Below, piece by piece: positions 60,726 to 64,000 of a stretch of 64,000 nucleotides of DNA (positions within the stretch are counted from its first letter, which is position 1; every line of letters begins with the position of its first letter). Source of the stretch: Eledone cirrhosa (Eukaryota); assembly GCA_964016885.1 (NCBI GenBank), contig OZ024742.1, positions 299,274,001 to 299,338,000 on the forward strand, given 5' to 3'. Under the pieces are notes generated by a model. The model saw only the letters and a list, made by a program, of their open reading frames with translations. It was not told the origin of the DNA and searched no databases. Position numbers and translations under genes: made by a program.

Positions 60726-61282
60726 CTATTAATGTGCAATAAGAGCAAAATATAACGACATTGCTCAATTATTTTATCTAATGTTGTAATAACACAAGGA
60801 AATGTTGTTTGTGTATTTTTTTTTCATATTTGCTCATAGGCTTTTACAATTTCGCTCAGACAACAACTATTAAAAAGTGAGTTGCTTAAGATAACAATTT
60901 AATCACAAATTGTTGCTATCTTTTAATACACTCCAACAAGTCATCAAATTATGTACAATAAAAACAAATCTTATTAATTTGCTCAGGGAATATAAAGAAA
61001 ATGTATATACACTGATAATTGCAATTGTATGTAAATATTTTGTTTTTGTATTGTATATTTTATGTTTTCTATTATGTATAATATATTGATTTAATATTGA
61101 TTGTTTTTTGTAGTTGTTTATATTAAAAGTCTGAAAATATTTTTATACATCTTACACTAATATTTATAAGATAATTTATAATAACAATTACATAATCTAA
61201 TTACATTACAACGATAATGTATTATTAATATATATCCTGTTTAACTAGAGTTATTACAAGCGTTGCCTTAAAAAAATATTAA

Positions 61283-62239
61283 ACTAGACATGAAAAATGC
61301 GCAAGCTCAAAAGTGCCACAGAATGTTATAATAAACCTTCAAAAGTGTGGGACTAGAGTTGTTGCTAAAAAATATTGTAATCATTATATATCGTACATTC
61401 TGTGGCATCCTTTATAAAAATAGCTTAAACCAACGAAGCCTTTATTTTTACGCTATTTCACTTAGTTAATTCTTAGAGTGTAACATATAAAAATAAATAC
61501 ATCTATGTTTAATGTAATAACAGCTATAAATAATTACGTAATATTATTATCATATACTCATAGTAACAAAATAATTGTGTTGAAACTTAATATGATGCTT
61601 ATATGAACGATCAAATCTATAATGATAATTTCTTAAATATACTAATAGTAAAATAATTTAGTTATCTATTGTTACATTTTCATAGAACTATAATATTAAC
61701 AATCGTATTGCATTATCAAATTTTTATCACTACAAACTTTCATATTGGAATTACCTTAAGCCACTTATTATTACTTCGCTTTCGTACTTTTACAGCTGTA
61801 GATATTGCGCTGTATCTTATATCTAATATCAATATCTCGTGGTAATTTGCATGAAGTGTAAAATAGGTTTATTAATAACTTTAATATGAAATGTATTATA
61901 CAGGGCTGCGGAGTCGGCCAAAAATTGACTGGCTCCAACTCAGGATCCGATACTCCATTATTTCCTAAATTTCAGCTCCGCAGCTCTGTTATTATATTAA
62001 TTAATTTATTTTATAGTTGTAAATCATATTTTTATATGTTACACTCTAAGAATTAACTAAGTGAAATAGCGTAAAAATAAAGGCTTCGTTGGTTTAAGCT
62101 ATTTTTATAAAGGATGCCACAGAATGTACGATATATAATGATTACAATATTTTTTAGCAACAACTCTAGTCCCACACTTTTGAAGGTTTATTATAACATT
62201 CTGTGGCACTTTTGAGCTTGCGCATTTTTCATGTCTAGT
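61283..62239. repeat. 213-bp inverted repeat (61283-61495 / 62027-62239)
   Basis: Arms appear identical by eye; ~530-bp AT-rich spacer. Confidence 0.9.
61901..61988. mobile_element. hAT-like MITE
   Basis: TIRs cagggctgcggag / ctccgcagctctg; 8-bp TSD gtattata/ttattata (1 mismatch). Confidence 0.7.
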
Positions 62240-63265
62240 AAAGGAATGTTTCATATTAATATTACATGATATTTAAGCAAAACGACCGGATGTTGATATT
62301 ATTTTGATGTAATGCTTATATAGAAGATGCCATAAATGACGTCTTGTGTAGGAAGACGATGAGCGATCAAGTTTTTCTATCAAAGAAACAGTCAGCTCCT
62401 GAAATCAACGTGTGAGTGGTTGAGCACACCCTTTACATAATTAGTAGGAAGAGTCGTCGTGACACTGTGTGACAATGCTGATGTACCGTCTATCCTACTG
62501 TCTTCCAAACAGAAAGTTTGACCTGAAGTTGTGGTAAATGACATTTACTCAAGAGACCACACAATGATATTGAACCCGATAATAGAATATTGCGAAGCCA
62601 ACCTCTTAGCCATTCATCCATTCTGCTTCCACTGGCGGCACGTTTAAAGCATGGAAACCTGCACGGAATAACAGATAGCATAAAACAACAGCATGAACAG
62701 GAATACAAGCTAAGTGAAAGAACAACATGCAAACTATACTGCCGCAAGGCGGATGACGAGTGATGTAAACTCATTGTATGTAGTTACGCAGAATTGATTC
62801 AAAATAAACACTGAACTATCAAGCAAATGTGTAAGTGCATTCGAGGGCTAGCTAGATTCAATACAACGAATAAAACCCAAAGATTATTCCACTGTTCCAT
62901 TTGCTGAAAGCAGTCTGCATATAACAAAGGAAGCCATTAAATGAACAATATAACGTATTTGTATGCATAAACAAATATCTCACACGTATACAAATATAGA
63001 TTGAATAAGACGCTTCATGTCCTTTGCAAGACAAATCTATCTCGTTCACCGAACCTTACGTATTCTTATCATCATGTTTTCATTGTTTCATTTAAAACAA
63101 TAATAAGACGGGCTTTTACGATGAAGTATATTAATTAAATCTGTGTGGTTAAAGTGTTCAATTATTTGCGGCTATGTGGTTTCAGGTTCAGTCCCTCTGC
63201 TCTGTATCGTAGGAATTTCTTCTACATATGTATGTTCAGAGATCAATTCGTGTAATATGTATGGT

Positions 63266-63329
<64 letters not shown>

Positions 63330-63331
<2 letters not shown>

Positions 63332-63425
63332 ACAAAGGAATTGTGGTAAGGAACCAGATGGACCATAACGCACCAGAGTATTCAATACTTAGGGTAGTAG
63401 AGTGGGAAATAGGAATAAGTATGAC

Positions 63426-63483
<58 letters not shown>

Positions 63484-63673
63484 CTAAGGAAGTGTGGTAG
63501 GGAACCAGATGGTCCATAACGCACCAGAGTACTCAATACTTAGAGTAGTAGAGTGGGTAATAAGAAAATGTTTAACCCCGACGGCAGAGCTCAAGCCGTT
63601 TCCACGGCTATTTCTGGACTCCGGAAATAGCCGACGAATCCGCTTGAGCTCTGCCGTCGGGGTCATACTTTTT

Positions 63674-63677
<4 letters not shown>
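63330..63677 (+). mobile_element. Hairpin-capped repeat family C, two tandem copies separated by (TA)n
   Basis: Body gtggtaaggaaccagatggaccataacgcaccagagta..gtagtagagtggg twice; GC hairpin at 63575-63663; relatives at 25716 and 46031. Confidence 0.7.
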
Positions 63678-63736
<59 letters not shown>

Positions 63737-64000
63737 CGACGACAGATGTTGGTCAGTCTAAGCACGAAGATGTAAATAATTTGTAAAATGGAGATATTCA
63801 CGCCGAAAAGATTAGAGCAAACATCACGGGCGCTCTATCTCAAAATTATTTTTGAAAAGCATTAGAAATACGCAACCGGTAAAAACTTAAAACTAAAACT
63901 GAATACTAACCAATACTTATTCCTAATTTATACTTATTCCTAATTAAACTATTTTACACTGGGAACAATTCATCAGCATTTTCTTTTCCTTTTACTAATA

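Overview
AT-rich, repeat-saturated eukaryotic DNA. The SINE and microsatellite content suggests an octopod cephalopod (inference, not verified). No intact host gene is recognisable; one weak spliced three-exon model lies at 8728-7560 (-). The window is dominated by retroelements nested in microsatellites: several Penelope-like elements (PLEs; RT + GIY-YIG, inverted pLTRs) in (TA)n, a 5'-truncated but uninterrupted R4/Dong-type RT-RLE element in (TAA)n, RTE fragments (one 5'-inverted), tRNA-derived SINEs, and mariner and other DDE remnants. The most notable signal is non-coding. About 20 hammerhead ribozyme (HHR) motifs can be folded by eye. They include two tandem non-coding retrozyme-like families (591-nt unit with a U3-A8 core variant; 438-nt unit fused to a truncated PLE). 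There is also a circularly permuted mini-PLE whose ATG lies at its 3' end, and many foldback elements. All folds and family assignments are manual and untested.
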